A DNA stretch of 64,000 nt from positions 320,001-384,000 of the forward strand of contig CAVYSW010000009.1 of NCBI GenBank assembly GCA_963771275.1, read 5' to 3'. This document shows, in pieces, positions 1 through 9,945 of this stretch. The notes beneath the pieces are model-generated. The model ran no database searches, had not been told where the DNA came from, and saw only the letters and a list, made by a program, of their open reading frames with translations. The position numbers and the translations under genes were made by a program. The stretch is from an uncultured Gemmatimonadales bacterium. Its GTDB lineage: Bacteria; Gemmatimonadota; Gemmatimonadetes; Gemmatimonadales; GWC2-71-9. How positions within the stretch are numbered: position 1 is the stretch's first letter; each line of letters opens with the position of its first letter.

Positions 1-1
1 C

Positions 2-553
2 ATCGAGGCGGAGCATGCCGTCGAGCGCGCGCGCATGACGCGGCGGGCCGCCGTCGCCGCCTGGTTCCCGCAGCTCGACGCGCTGGGCGGGCTGTACGCC
101 TATGGCAGCGGCGCCGGCGGTTTCACCACGGAGTGGCAGGCGGGGGTGCGGCTGTCCTACCCGCTGTTCTCCGGCGGCGCCCGGAGCGGCGCGGTGACGC
201 GCGCCGGGGCGCTCGCCACGGCGGCCGAGGCGCACTACGCCCTTGCCGCGCTCCAAGCGGAGGACGCCCTCGACCGGGCGCTTGGCGCCGTCGACGACGC
301 GGCCGCCCGCGCTGACGCCGCCCAAACCGTCGTCATTCACCTCACCGATGTCGCCCGGATCGAGCTGCTCTCGCTCCAGAGTGGAGCGGGCACCGAGGTC
401 GAGTACCTGCGCGCCGAAGCCGACGTGCGCCGCGCGCGGGCCCAGCTCGCGGAGGTCCGCGCCGCGGAGATCAACGCGCGCGTGGCGCTCGCCAACCTGA
501 CCGGAGACCTGTCGCTGGACTGGCTCGCCCAGGCCGTGGAGGACGTCCCATGA
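2..553 (+). CDS. TolC-family outer membrane efflux protein (5'-truncated by window edge)
   Basis: Frame is open from base 2. Beta-strand motif WQAGVRLSYPLFSGG followed by Ala-rich coiled helices. First gene of an HlyD/ABC operon. Confidence 0.85.
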   Translation: MEAEHAVERARMTRRAAVAAWFPQLDALGGLYAYGSGAGGFTTEWQAGVRLSYPLFSGGARSGAVTRAGALATAAEAHYALAALQAEDALDRALGAVDDAAARADAAQTVVIHLTDVARIELLSLQSGAGTEVEYLRAEADVRRARAQLAEVRAAEINARVALANLTGDLSLDWLAQAVEDVP

Positions 554-1545
554 CCCGAACAACGCGGCTCGCCGCCGCCCTGGCCGTCATCGTCGTCCTC
601 GTCGCCGTGGTGCTCGTGGTTGCGCTGCGGCGCGACCACAACGGGGAGGTCCTCGCCTCCGGGACCGTCGAGGTCACCGAGACCGACCTCGGCTTCCAGG
701 TTCCTGGCCGGATCGACAGCATCGCGGTGCAGGAAGGCGATGACGTCCAAGCCGGCCAGGTGCTTGGCTGGCTGGACCGCACCGAGCTCGAGGCCCGTCG
801 CCGCGCCGCGGAGGGGCAGCGCGCCGCGGCGGCGGCCCGCCTCGCCGAGCTGGAGCGCGGCTTCCGGACCGAGGAGATCGGCCAGGCGCGCGAGGCGGCG
901 CGCGCCGCCTCGGAGCGGCTCGATGAGGCGCGGCGCGAGGTGGAGCGCGCCCGTCGGCTGTTCGCCGGCGGCGCGATCAGCCGGCGGCAGCTGGAGACCG
1001 CCGAGACGGCGTTCGCGGTCGCGGAGGCCCAGCACGGCGGCGCGGCGGATCAGCTGACGCTGCTCGAGTCCGGCCCCCGAGTCGAGCAGATCACCGCGCA
1101 GCGCGCCGTCGTCGCGCAGGCCGCCGCCGCGGTGGCCCAGGCCGACGCGGCACTCGACCATGCGGTGATTCGCGCGCCGTTCGACGGCCAGGTCACGATC
1201 CGCCATCGCGAGCCCGGCGAGATCGTCTCCGCCGGCGCTGCCGTGCTCACCGTGGCCAACCGGGCGGACCGCTGGGTGCGGATCTATGCCCGTGGCGACG
1301 AGGTCGGGCGGCTGACGATCGGCCAGGCGGCGGAGATCCGGGCCGACGCGTATCCCGATCGGACCTACGGCGGCGCGATCGCGTTCATCGCCAGTGAGGC
1401 GGAGTTCACCCCGCGCAACGTCCAGACGACGGAGGAGCGGGTGAAGCTGGTTTATCGCGTGAAGGTGCGAGTCGTCGACGATCCGCGTTACGACCTCAAG
1501 CCCGGCTTGCCCGCCGACGTGCGGATCGCGCCGCGCGCGCCGTGA
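550..1545 (+). CDS. HlyD/YbhG-type periplasmic adaptor (membrane fusion protein)
   Basis: N-terminal TM, lipoyl-like GRIDSIAVQEGDDV, coiled coil, AEFTPRNVQT and LKPGLPADV motifs. ATGA overlap with TolC gene. Confidence 0.92.
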   Translation: MTRTTRLAAALAVIVVLVAVVLVVALRRDHNGEVLASGTVEVTETDLGFQVPGRIDSIAVQEGDDVQAGQVLGWLDRTELEARRRAAEGQRAAAAARLAELERGFRTEEIGQAREAARAASERLDEARREVERARRLFAGGAISRRQLETAETAFAVAEAQHGGAADQLTLLESGPRVEQITAQRAVVAQAAAAVAQADAALDHAVIRAPFDGQVTIRHREPGEIVSAGAAVLTVANRADRWVRIYARGDEVGRLTIGQAAEIRADAYPDRTYGGAIAFIASEAEFTPRNVQTTEERVKLVYRVKVRVVDDPRYDLKPGLPADVRIAPRAP

Positions 1546-2486
1546 GTCCGGCCCAGCCGGCCGTCGTCCTCGACGGCCTGACGCGCGACTTCGGCCCCGT
1601 CCGCGCGGTCGACGACCTCCGCTTCAGCGTCGCGCCCGGCGAGCTGTTCGGCATCGTGGGCCCCGACGGCGCGGGCAAGACCACGACGCTCCGGATGCTG
1701 GCGGGGGTGCTCCGCCCCACCCGCGGTGACGCCACCGTGGCCGGTGCCAGCGTGGCTCGCGACCCCGAGCGGGTGAAGACCCACATCGCCTACATGTCCC
1801 AGCGTTTCGGCCTGTATACCGACCTCACCGTCCGGGAAAACCTCGAGTTCTACGCGGACCTCTACCTCGTCCCGCGCGGCAAGCGTGCGGCACGGCTCGA
1901 GCGGCTCTACGCCTTCTCGGGACTCGCGCCCTTCGCCGACCGGCTCGCCGGGAAGCTGTCGGGCGGGATGAAGCAGAAGCTGGGGCTGTCGTGCGCGCTG
2001 ATTCACCAGCCCGAGGTCCTGCTGCTCGACGAGCCCACGTTCGGCGTCGACCCGATCTCGCGCCGCGATCTCTGGCTCATCGTCCACGAGATGGTGGCGG
2101 CCGGCATGACGACGCTGCTCTCCACTTCCTATCTCGACGAAGCGGAGCGCTGCGATCGGGTGGCGCTGCTCCACGCCGGGAGCCTGCTCGCGCTCGACAC
2201 GCCCCCGGCGCTGCAGGCGCGACTCAGCGGGCGGCTGCTCACCGTGCGGACGGACGCACCGCGCCGGGCCCGCGATCTGCTTATCGCCCTCCCGTTCGTG
2301 CGGGACGCCACCCTGTTCGGCGACGCGCTGCACGTGGCCCTCGACGATCCGGCCCGCGACTGGCCCACCGCCCGGGCCGCGCTCGCCGGCGGTGGGGTCG
2401 CGGTCCTCGCGGACGGGCCGATCGAGCCGTCGCTCGAGGACGTGTTCATCGCCGTCGTGCGCGATCGGGAGCCCGTCCATGCCTGA
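1542..2486 (+). CDS. ABC transporter ATP-binding protein (YbhF-like, first ATPase)
   Basis: Walker A GPDGAGKTT, signature LSGGMKQK, Walker B LLLDEPT. Confidence 0.93.
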   Translation: MSPAQPAVVLDGLTRDFGPVRAVDDLRFSVAPGELFGIVGPDGAGKTTTLRMLAGVLRPTRGDATVAGASVARDPERVKTHIAYMSQRFGLYTDLTVRENLEFYADLYLVPRGKRAARLERLYAFSGLAPFADRLAGKLSGGMKQKLGLSCALIHQPEVLLLDEPTFGVDPISRRDLWLIVHEMVAAGMTTLLSTSYLDEAERCDRVALLHAGSLLALDTPPALQARLSGRLLTVRTDAPRRARDLLIALPFVRDATLFGDALHVALDDPARDWPTARAALAGGGVAVLADGPIEPSLEDVFIAVVRDREPVHA

Positions 2487-3417
2487 CCCCGTCGTCGTGG
2501 ACGGCCTCACGCGCCGGTTTGGCGACTTCGTGGCGGTGGACCACGTGTCGTTCGGGGTCGGGACCGGCGAGATCTTCGGCTTCGTCGGCCCGAACGGCGC
2601 GGGCAAGACGACCACCATCAAGCTGCTCACCTGCCTGCTGCGCCCGTCCGAGGGCACCGCCCGCGTGGCCGGCCACGACGTGCGCACCGAGGCGAAGGCG
2701 GTGCGGCAGCGCATCGGCTACATGTCGCAATTGTTCTCGCTCTACGGCGACCTGACCGTCGACGAGAACATCCGGCTGTTCGGGAGCCTCTACGGCGTCA
2801 CGGGCGCACGGCTCGCCGAGCGCCGCGCCTGGATCCTCGCGATGGCGGATCTCGCCGGGCGCGGCGACCGCATGACCCGCGAGCTGCCGCTCGGCTGGAA
2901 GCAGCGCCTCGCGCTCGGCTGCGCCGTGTTGCACGAGCCGCCGATCCTGTTTCTCGACGAGCCGACGTCGGGGGTGGATCCCACATCGCGCCGCCGCTTC
3001 TGGGACCTGATCTACCGGCTGGCGGAGGCCGGCACCACGGTGCTCGTGAGCACGCACTACATGGAGGAAGCGGAGTATTGCCACCGGCTGGCGTTGATGC
3101 ACCGCGGGCGCCTGATCGCCCTCGACCGGCCGGACCGACTGCGGCGCGACCTGCACCAGCCGGTGCTCGAGGTTCGGGCCGATGACCCGGCGCGCGCCGT
3201 CGAGGCGTTGCGCGGCGCCCCCGGCGTGATCGAGGCGGCGATGTTCGGCCGCGCGGTCCACGTCATGGTTGCCGACGAGGCGGCCGGCCTCGCGGACGTG
3301 TCGCGCCGCCTCGCCGCCGCGGGCCGCCCCGTCACGGCGGTCCGCGCGATCGCGCCGTCGCTCGAGGACGCGTTTGTGGCCCTGGTGCGTCGTCAGGGTG
3401 GGGCGGTGGCCGAATGA
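2479..3417 (+). CDS. ABC transporter ATP-binding protein (YbhF-like, second ATPase)
   Basis: GPNGAGKTT, LPLGWKQRL, LFLDEPTSGVDP, STHYMEEAE. Start placed at ATG 2479 (MPDPVVV). Confidence 0.93.
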   Translation: MPDPVVVDGLTRRFGDFVAVDHVSFGVGTGEIFGFVGPNGAGKTTTIKLLTCLLRPSEGTARVAGHDVRTEAKAVRQRIGYMSQLFSLYGDLTVDENIRLFGSLYGVTGARLAERRAWILAMADLAGRGDRMTRELPLGWKQRLALGCAVLHEPPILFLDEPTSGVDPTSRRRFWDLIYRLAEAGTTVLVSTHYMEEAEYCHRLALMHRGRLIALDRPDRLRRDLHQPVLEVRADDPARAVEALRGAPGVIEAAMFGRAVHVMVADEAAGLADVSRRLAAAGRPVTAVRAIAPSLEDAFVALVRRQGGAVAE

Positions 3418-4523
3418 GCGCGTGGCGCCTCTGGGCCGTCGCCCGGAAGGAGTGGATTCAGCTGCGGCGCGATACCCGGAGCCTCGCCCTGGCGTTCGCG
3501 CTGCCCGCCCTGCTCATCCTCCTCTTCGGCTACGCCATCAGCCTCGACGTCCGCAACATCCCGCTGGCGGTGCTCGATCACAGCCACACCCCGGAGAGCC
3601 GCCGGCTCGTCGAGGCGCTCGTCGCGTCGCGGTATTTCACCGTGACCACGACGCTCGCGCGTGAGGGAGAGCTGGACGGCGCGCTGCGCACGGGCCGCGT
3701 GCGGCTGGCGCTCGTGATCCCGCCGTCCTTTGTGCGGGATCTCGCCGCCGGGCAGGGGGCGCCGGTGCAGCTGCTGCTCGACGGCAGCGATGCCAACAGC
3801 GCCACGATCGCCCAGAACTACGCCGACGCGATCGTGGCCCGCTACTCCCTCGACGCCGGCGGCCGCTCGGTCGTCCTCCCCGTGGATCTCCGCACCCGCG
3901 TGTGGTACAACGAGACCCTCGAGAGCCGGAACATGGTGGTCCCCGGGCTGATCGCCGTGATCATGTCCATCATCGCGGCCATGCTCACCGCCCTCACCAT
4001 CGCCCGGGAATGGGAGCGCGGCACGATGGAGCAGCTGGCGGCGACGCCGGTCCACCGCATCGAGGTCGTGCTGGGCAAGCTGGTGCCCTACATCGGCATC
4101 GGCTTCGTGGACGTGACGATCGCGGTCGTCACCGGGCGGGTGGTGTTCCACGTCCCGGTGCGCGGCGACCTGCTGCTGCTGGCGGCGCTCACGCTGCTGT
4201 TCCTCCTGGCGGCGCTCGGCTGGGGCGTGTTCCTCTCCGCCGCCCTCAAGTCGCAGCTGCTGGCGACCCAGGCCGCCCTGATCACCACCTATCTGCCGGC
4301 CCTGCTCCTCTCGGGCTTCATCTTCTCCATCTCCGCCATGCCCCTGGCGTTGCGCGTGATCACGCACATCGTGCCGGCCCGCTACTTCGTCACGATCACC
4401 AAGGGGATCTTCCTCAAGGCGGTGGGCCTCGAGACCCTCTGGCCCGAAGTGCTGGCGCTGGCCGCGTTCTCGGCCGGCGGGCTCGGGCTCGCGCTCCGGT
4501 CGTTCCGCAAGGAGCTCGGGTGA
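3414..4523 (+). CDS. ABC-2 type permease (YbhS-like)
   Basis: KEWIQLRRD start, WYN motif, AREWERGTMEQL, multiple TM helices. Confidence 0.92.
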   Translation: MSAWRLWAVARKEWIQLRRDTRSLALAFALPALLILLFGYAISLDVRNIPLAVLDHSHTPESRRLVEALVASRYFTVTTTLAREGELDGALRTGRVRLALVIPPSFVRDLAAGQGAPVQLLLDGSDANSATIAQNYADAIVARYSLDAGGRSVVLPVDLRTRVWYNETLESRNMVVPGLIAVIMSIIAAMLTALTIAREWERGTMEQLAATPVHRIEVVLGKLVPYIGIGFVDVTIAVVTGRVVFHVPVRGDLLLLAALTLLFLLAALGWGVFLSAALKSQLLATQAALITTYLPALLLSGFIFSISAMPLALRVITHIVPARYFVTITKGIFLKAVGLETLWPEVLALAAFSAGGLGLALRSFRKELG

Positions 4524-5647
4524 GCCTGTCCCTCCTGCGTCTGCGCGAGATGGTGGGCAAGGAGGCACGACAGCTGCTCCGCGACTTCCGGACGCGCGGG
4601 CTGATCTTCGTCGCACCGCTCGTTCAGCTCCTGGTGTTCGGGTACGCGGTGAACACCGACGTGCCGAACACCGCGACCTTCGTGGTGGACCACGACCACA
4701 CCGCCGTCTCGCGCGAGCTGATCGACGCGTTCCAGCACACCGGCTACTTCGCGGTGGTCGGCACCTCCGAGCGTTCGGCCGACCTCGCGCGCGCGCTTGA
4801 CCGGAGCGACGCGGTCGTCGGGATCGAGATCCCGCCCGGGTTCACTCGGCAGCTCGCCGCCGGGGGCCCCGCCGAGGTGCAGATCCTGCTCGACGGCAGC
4901 AGCTCCAACACGGCGACGGTCGCCCAGGGCTACGCCACGCGCATCGTGCAGCGGTTCGCCCTGGCACACCTGCCCGCCGGCGCCCTCCCCCGCGCCGGCG
5001 TGGACCTCCGCGTCCGTCCATGGTACAACCCGACCCTCGAGAGCCGCGCGTACAACGTCCCGGCCGTGATGGGCCTGCTCCTGCTGCTGATGAGCCTCGT
5101 GCTCACGGCGCTCTCGATCGTGCGCGAGCGCGAGGACGGGACCCTCGAGCAACTGCTGGTGAGCCCGCTCTCGCCGGCCGAGTTCCTGCTCGGGAAGACG
5201 ATTCCCGCCGCGCTGGTGGCTCTGGTCGACCTCGTGACGATCACCGCGGTGTCGATCCTCTGGTTCCACATCCCGCTGCGCGGATCGGCCCTGGCGCTCC
5301 TGGCGGCGGCGATCCTGTTCATCCTCGCGGCCATCGCGCTCGGACTGTTCATCTCGACGATCTCGCACACGCAGCAGGAGGCGTTCATGACGATGTTCCT
5401 GCTGCTGCTGCCGTCCATCATCCTGTCCGGGTTCTTCTACCCGATCAGCAGCATGCCGCGCGTATTCCAGATCATCACGCTGGTCAACCCGGTGCGGCAC
5501 TTCCTGGAGATCGTGCGCGGGGTCTTCCTCAAGGGGGCCGGCTTCGTCCCGCTGTGGGACCACTACGCCTGGCTCGCGGTGATCGCGGCGGCAACGATGA
5601 CCCTTGCCATCGCCCGGTTCGCCCGCACCACGGCCCGCGGCGTCTAA
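4520..5647 (+). CDS. ABC-2 type permease (YbhR-like)
   Basis: GTG start overlapping the upstream stop. WYNPTLES, SIVREREDGTLEQL, multiple TM helices. Confidence 0.92.
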   Translation: MSLSLLRLREMVGKEARQLLRDFRTRGLIFVAPLVQLLVFGYAVNTDVPNTATFVVDHDHTAVSRELIDAFQHTGYFAVVGTSERSADLARALDRSDAVVGIEIPPGFTRQLAAGGPAEVQILLDGSSSNTATVAQGYATRIVQRFALAHLPAGALPRAGVDLRVRPWYNPTLESRAYNVPAVMGLLLLLMSLVLTALSIVREREDGTLEQLLVSPLSPAEFLLGKTIPAALVALVDLVTITAVSILWFHIPLRGSALALLAAAILFILAAIALGLFISTISHTQQEAFMTMFLLLLPSIILSGFFYPISSMPRVFQIITLVNPVRHFLEIVRGVFLKGAGFVPLWDHYAWLAVIAAATMTLAIARFARTTARGV

Positions 5648-5689
5648 CCCACTCCCCCCGCGGCGGCCACCGCGTAGGTTTCACAGCGG

Positions 5690-6346
5690 ATGACCAGCTC
5701 GGCGTTCGCGGAGCAGCGCTGCCAGATGGTCCGGCGGCAGCTTGCCGAACGCGGGATCACCGATCGCCGCGTTCTCGCGGCGATGCGCGCCATTCCCCGG
5801 GAGCAGTTCGTCCCGGCCGACCTGATCCACGACGCCTACGGCGACCATCCGCTCCGGATCGGCGCCGGCCAGACCATCTCCCAGCCGTACATCGTCGCCC
5901 TCATGACCGAGGCCGCGCACCTCACGCGGCGGAGCCGGGTGCTCGAGATCGGTGCCGGGAGCGGCTATCACGCCGCGGTGCTCGCCCGGCTCGCCGCCGC
6001 CGTCTGGACCATCGATCGGCTGCCCGACCTCGCCCGGCAGGCACGGCAGCGCCTCGCGACGCTCGGTGCGGCGAACGTCGCCGTCCTGATCGGGGACGGC
6101 GCGCTGGGCTACCCGCCCGCAGCCCCGTATGACGCGATCCTCGTCGCCGCCGCGGCCCCGCGACCACCAGCGCCGCTGCTCCGCCAGTTGGCGCCCGGCG
6201 GACGGCTCGTCATTCCCGTCGGCGCCCGCGACGTCCAGCAGCTCACGGTCTACGAGCGAACGGCGCAAGGCACCGTGGCGCACGATCTGTGCGCGTGCTG
6301 CTTCGTCCCGCTGGTCTCGCGCGAGGCGTTCGACCGGGCTCCGTGA
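5690..6346 (+). CDS. pcm: Protein-L-isoaspartate O-methyltransferase
   Basis: QTISQPYIVA, SAM motif VLEIGAGSGY, APYDAILVAAA, GGRLVIPVG, CFVPLV. Confidence 0.93.
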   Translation: MTSSAFAEQRCQMVRRQLAERGITDRRVLAAMRAIPREQFVPADLIHDAYGDHPLRIGAGQTISQPYIVALMTEAAHLTRRSRVLEIGAGSGYHAAVLARLAAAVWTIDRLPDLARQARQRLATLGAANVAVLIGDGALGYPPAAPYDAILVAAAAPRPPAPLLRQLAPGGRLVIPVGARDVQQLTVYERTAQGTVAHDLCACCFVPLVSREAFDRAP

Positions 6347-6427
6347 GCCGGCCGCCAGCGCGAGGCGCGGGTGGCGGGGCACACCGGTCCGGGGTATGAT
6401 TAGCTCCCAGTTCACAGGGATATCCCG

Positions 6428-7081
6428 CTGCGCCCGACCCGCTCGACGACCCGTGCCGGCGCCTTCTGGGTGCCAGCCCTCGCCCTCGGGCTCGCGCCCG
6501 CCACGGCGCCGGCGCAGGTGGCCATTGGCGCCCGCGCCGGCGTCCAGCTCACCTCCGCGCTGGTGCACGACTCCGTGGTGGAGTCGATCACGGTCCAGGT
6601 GAAGCCCGCCCCGGTCTTCGGGGTGTGGCTCGACGCCCCGCTCGGCGGGCCGTACATCATGGTCGCGGGCGTCGCGCTGAGCCGCAGCGATGTGGTGGCG
6701 CATGCCGCCAGCGGCGACGTGTCCCTCACGGGCCTCACGGTGTGGCACCCGACGCTGGCCGTGCGCCGGGCCGTCAGGCCGTGGATCGGGATCGAAGCGC
6801 GGGTCGGCGCCATCATCTATGCCCCGAGCAAGCGCACCGCCAACCTGTTCCAGGACGGGGCCCCGGTGGACGCGACGCTGGGCGCGGGCGTGCAGGTCGA
6901 GCGCCGGCTTGGCGGCGGCTTCGCGGCCGGCCTCTCCCTGCAGTACGACGCCACCCGCTTCACCACGCAGACGCTCCAGACCCAGGGCTTCGTCGGCGCC
7001 ACGGTGGTGCACCGCGTCGCGCTCTCGGCCACCATTCGCCGGGTCCTCCGGGCGGGAACGCGCCATGCGGCCGCGCGCTAG
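6428..7081 (+). CDS. Hypothetical secreted protein, probable outer-membrane beta-barrel
   Basis: Signal-peptide-like ALALGLAPATAPA-Q, then amphipathic beta-strand pattern. Start uncertain (CTG 6428 after CAGGGA, or GTG 6470). Confidence 0.55.
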   Translation: MRPTRSTTRAGAFWVPALALGLAPATAPAQVAIGARAGVQLTSALVHDSVVESITVQVKPAPVFGVWLDAPLGGPYIMVAGVALSRSDVVAHAASGDVSLTGLTVWHPTLAVRRAVRPWIGIEARVGAIIYAPSKRTANLFQDGAPVDATLGAGVQVERRLGGGFAAGLSLQYDATRFTTQTLQTQGFVGATVVHRVALSATIRRVLRAGTRHAAAR

Positions 7082-7709
7082 CCACGTCGTCGTGCTCGCG
7101 CTGGCCGCCGCGGGGTGCGACGTCGCCACGGCGCCCCCGCGGGCCACGATCTACGCGTTCGACCTGGAGGCCAGCGGCCTCGTGTTCCACTGGCCGGCGG
7201 GCCGCCTCCCCGTCCGCTACTGGGTGGACCCGGCGGCGGGGCCCATCGCGCGGTACGCCGAGACCGGCCTCCGGGCGTGGGAATCGCAGTTTCTCTACGG
7301 CGAGTTCACCGGCGTTCTGGTGACGGATTCGTCCCGCGCCGACGTGCTCATCGCGGTCGCCGGGCCGACACCGCCGGACGTCCCGCTCACCGAGGCGGCC
7401 CCGGTGGACGCGTGCGGCGGCGCAACGCGCAATGCGTTCTCCACGGACGACTACACGCTCCTCGGCCCGTTCCAGGTGACCATCAACTGGGACCGGAACT
7501 ACAGCGATGCGGACGTGGCCAACTGCCTACGGCGCGTCACCGCCCACGAGATCGGTCACACGCTCGGGCTCCTGGCCGAGAGTCCCGGCCCGCTGGATCT
7601 CATGAATACCGCGCCGAAGGTCGCCGTGCCGTCGGCGGATGACCGGGCCACGGTCGCCACGCTCTACCACACGACGCCGTCGATCGCTCCGCCGGTACGG
7701 CCTCCATGA
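7065..7709 (+). CDS. Matrixin-like zinc metalloprotease lipoprotein (copy 1)
   Basis: Lipobox LAAAGC, HEIGHTLGLLAES, Met-turn DLM. ATG at 7065. Confidence 0.8.
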   Translation: MRPRASHVVVLALAAAGCDVATAPPRATIYAFDLEASGLVFHWPAGRLPVRYWVDPAAGPIARYAETGLRAWESQFLYGEFTGVLVTDSSRADVLIAVAGPTPPDVPLTEAAPVDACGGATRNAFSTDDYTLLGPFQVTINWDRNYSDADVANCLRRVTAHEIGHTLGLLAESPGPLDLMNTAPKVAVPSADDRATVATLYHTTPSIAPPVRPP

Positions 7710-8326
7710 CGCCTCGCCTCGCGCTCGCCCTGCTGGCACTGACCGGCTGCGCCGACGTGGGCATGCCGGAGCGGCCGGTGCCCTACCAGTTCGCCTACAC
7801 CATCCCGAGTGGGTTCGTGGCGGTGTTTCACTGGCCGTCCTCCGCCCTGCCGGTGCGCGTCTGGGTCGAGCCCAACGGCGACCTGCCCTCCGATGTCGCG
7901 CACGGCCTGCGACTCTGGGAGAGCGTCGCCATCTACGGCGAATTCCGTGGGGTGCTGGTGGCGGATTCGACGCGGGCCGACGTGATCGTCACGATGGGAG
8001 CCCCCGAGGTACCGGGCCCGGGCGCCGTCCTCTCCTGCAGCGCCGGCACGGCCTGGGGGATCAACCTCGACACGACCATCGTGCTCCCGTTCCGGACGAC
8101 CCTCAGGCGGCGCGCCCTGGGGTCGACGTCGGACACGCAGGCGTGCCTCCGCATCGTGGCGGCCCACGAGCTCGGGCACACCCTGGGCCTCATCCCCGAG
8201 AGCGACGACCCCGGCGACCTCATGTACGGCATCCCGACGGTCAGCGAACCGTCAGCCCGCGACCGTGCGACGTTCACCACCCTGTACCACACGCAGCCCA
8301 CGGTCCGCCTGCCGGCCGGCCGGTAG
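7706..8326 (+). CDS. Matrixin-like zinc metalloprotease lipoprotein (copy 2)
   Basis: Lipobox LTGC, HELGHTLGLIPES, DLM. Clear paralog of the upstream gene (shared VFHWP..LPVR.WV, YGEF.GVLV.DS.RADV, TLYHT). Confidence 0.8.
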   Translation: MTPRLALALLALTGCADVGMPERPVPYQFAYTIPSGFVAVFHWPSSALPVRVWVEPNGDLPSDVAHGLRLWESVAIYGEFRGVLVADSTRADVIVTMGAPEVPGPGAVLSCSAGTAWGINLDTTIVLPFRTTLRRRALGSTSDTQACLRIVAAHELGHTLGLIPESDDPGDLMYGIPTVSEPSARDRATFTTLYHTQPTVRLPAGR

Positions 8327-8353
8327 CGCGGTGCCGCGGCGCCGCCCGGCTCG

Positions 8354-9937
8354 ATGACCCGACCCGGTTCCGTCATCGCGCCCGGGCTCGTGCCGCGCGG
8401 CCCCGTCCATCGCAACTTCGGGCCGGTGGCCCTGTACGAGGCCGCGATCCGTCGGGGGGAGGGGCGGGTCGTGGCCGGCGGTCCGTTCGCGGCGGTCACC
8501 ACGCCGCACACGGGCCGCTCCCCCAACGACAAGTTCGTGGTCCGTGAGCCCGGTTCCGAGCGGGACATCTGGTGGGGTCCGGTGAACCAGCCGATGGAGC
8601 CGGCACAGTACGAGGCCCTCCGGCGGGACGTGCTCGAGCATCTCGGCGGCCGGGAGCTGTTCGTCCGCGACGCGTTCGCCGGTGCTGCGCCGGCCCATCG
8701 CGTCTCCGTGCGCTTCGTCACCGAGAACGCCTGGCACGCGCTGTTCGCGTCCAACATGTTCATCCGCCCCAGTCGCGGCGAAACCGACGCCTTCGCGCCC
8801 GAGTGGATCGTGCTGCATGCGCCCGAGATGTCGGCGGACCCCGCGCGGCACGGCACGCGCAGCGGCACCTTCGTCGTGCTGCATCCCGGCGAGCGCGCGG
8901 TGCTGATCGGCGGCACGCGCTACGCCGGCGAGCTGAAGAAGTCCATCTTCACGGTGCTCAACTACCTCTACCCGGCGCAGGACATTCTCCCGATGCACTG
9001 CGCGGCCAACGTCGGCGATCGCGGGGACGTGGCGCTGTTCTTCGGGCTCTCGGGCACCGGCAAGACGACGCTCTCCGCCGACGCCACGCGCGGGCTGATC
9101 GGCGACGACGAGCACGGGTGGAGCGCGACGGGCGTGTTCAACTTCGAGGGGGGGTGCTACGCCAAGGTCATCCGCCTCTCGGCCGAGGGCGAGCCGGAGA
9201 TCTACGCCGCGACCCGCCGGTTCGGCACGATCCTCGAGAACGTGGCGCTCGACGAGGAGACGCGGGAGGTCGATCTCGCCAGTCCGGCGATCACCGAGAA
9301 TACCCGCGCGTCCTACCCGATCCCGTTCATCCCCAACCACGTGCCGGGCGGCCACTCCGGCCACCCGTCGCACATCGTCTTGCTCACCGCCGACGCGTTC
9401 GGCGTGCTGCCGCCGATCGCCCGGCTGACCCCCGAGCAGGCGATGTACCATTTCCTGGCCGGGTACACGGCGAAGGTGGCGGGGACCGAGCGCGGCGTGA
9501 GCGAGCCGGAGGCCACGTTCAGCGCCTGCTTCGGCGCGCCGTTCCTGCCGCGTCACCCGGGTGTGTACGCCCGGATGCTCGGCGAGCGGATCGGCCGGCA
9601 TCGCGTGTCCTGCTGGCTGGTCAACACCGGGTGGACGGCGGGTCCGTACGGCGAGGGCCATCGCATGCGCCTCAGCCACACGCGCGCGCTGCTCCGGGCC
9701 GCCCTCGCCGGCCGGCTGGACGACGTGCCGTCGCGCGACGATCCGGTCTTCGGCGTCCGCGTCCCCACGGCGGTCCCCGGCGTGCCGGACGAGATGCTCG
9801 ACCCGCGCGGCACCTGGGCCGATTCCTCCCGCTACGACGCGGCGGCGCGCAGGCTGGCGGAGCTGTTCCATCAGCACTTCGCGCGGTACGCGGACCAGGT
9901 GGAGCCGGCGGTCCGGGCCGCGGGCCCCCGCCGCTAG
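8354..9937 (+). CDS. pckA: Phosphoenolpyruvate carboxykinase (ATP)
   Basis: [53 protein letters not shown]. Confidence 0.97.
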   Translation: MTRPGSVIAPGLVPRGPVHRNFGPVALYEAAIRRGEGRVVAGGPFAAVTTPHTGRSPNDKFVVREPGSERDIWWGPVNQPMEPAQYEALRRDVLEHLGGRELFVRDAFAGAAPAHRVSVRFVTENAWHALFASNMFIRPSRGETDAFAPEWIVLHAPEMSADPARHGTRSGTFVVLHPGERAVLIGGTRYAGELKKSIFTVLNYLYPAQDILPMHCAANVGDRGDVALFFGLSGTGKTTLSADATRGLIGDDEHGWSATGVFNFEGGCYAKVIRLSAEGEPEIYAATRRFGTILENVALDEETREVDLASPAITENTRASYPIPFIPNHVPGGHSGHPSHIVLLTADAFGVLPPIARLTPEQAMYHFLAGYTAKVAGTERGVSEPEATFSACFGAPFLPRHPGVYARMLGERIGRHRVSCWLVNTGWTAGPYGEGHRMRLSHTRALLRAALAGRLDDVPSRDDPVFGVRVPTAVPGVPDEMLDPRGTWADSSRYDAAARRLAELFHQHFARYADQVEPAVRAAGPRR

Positions 9938-9945
9938 GCAGGCGC

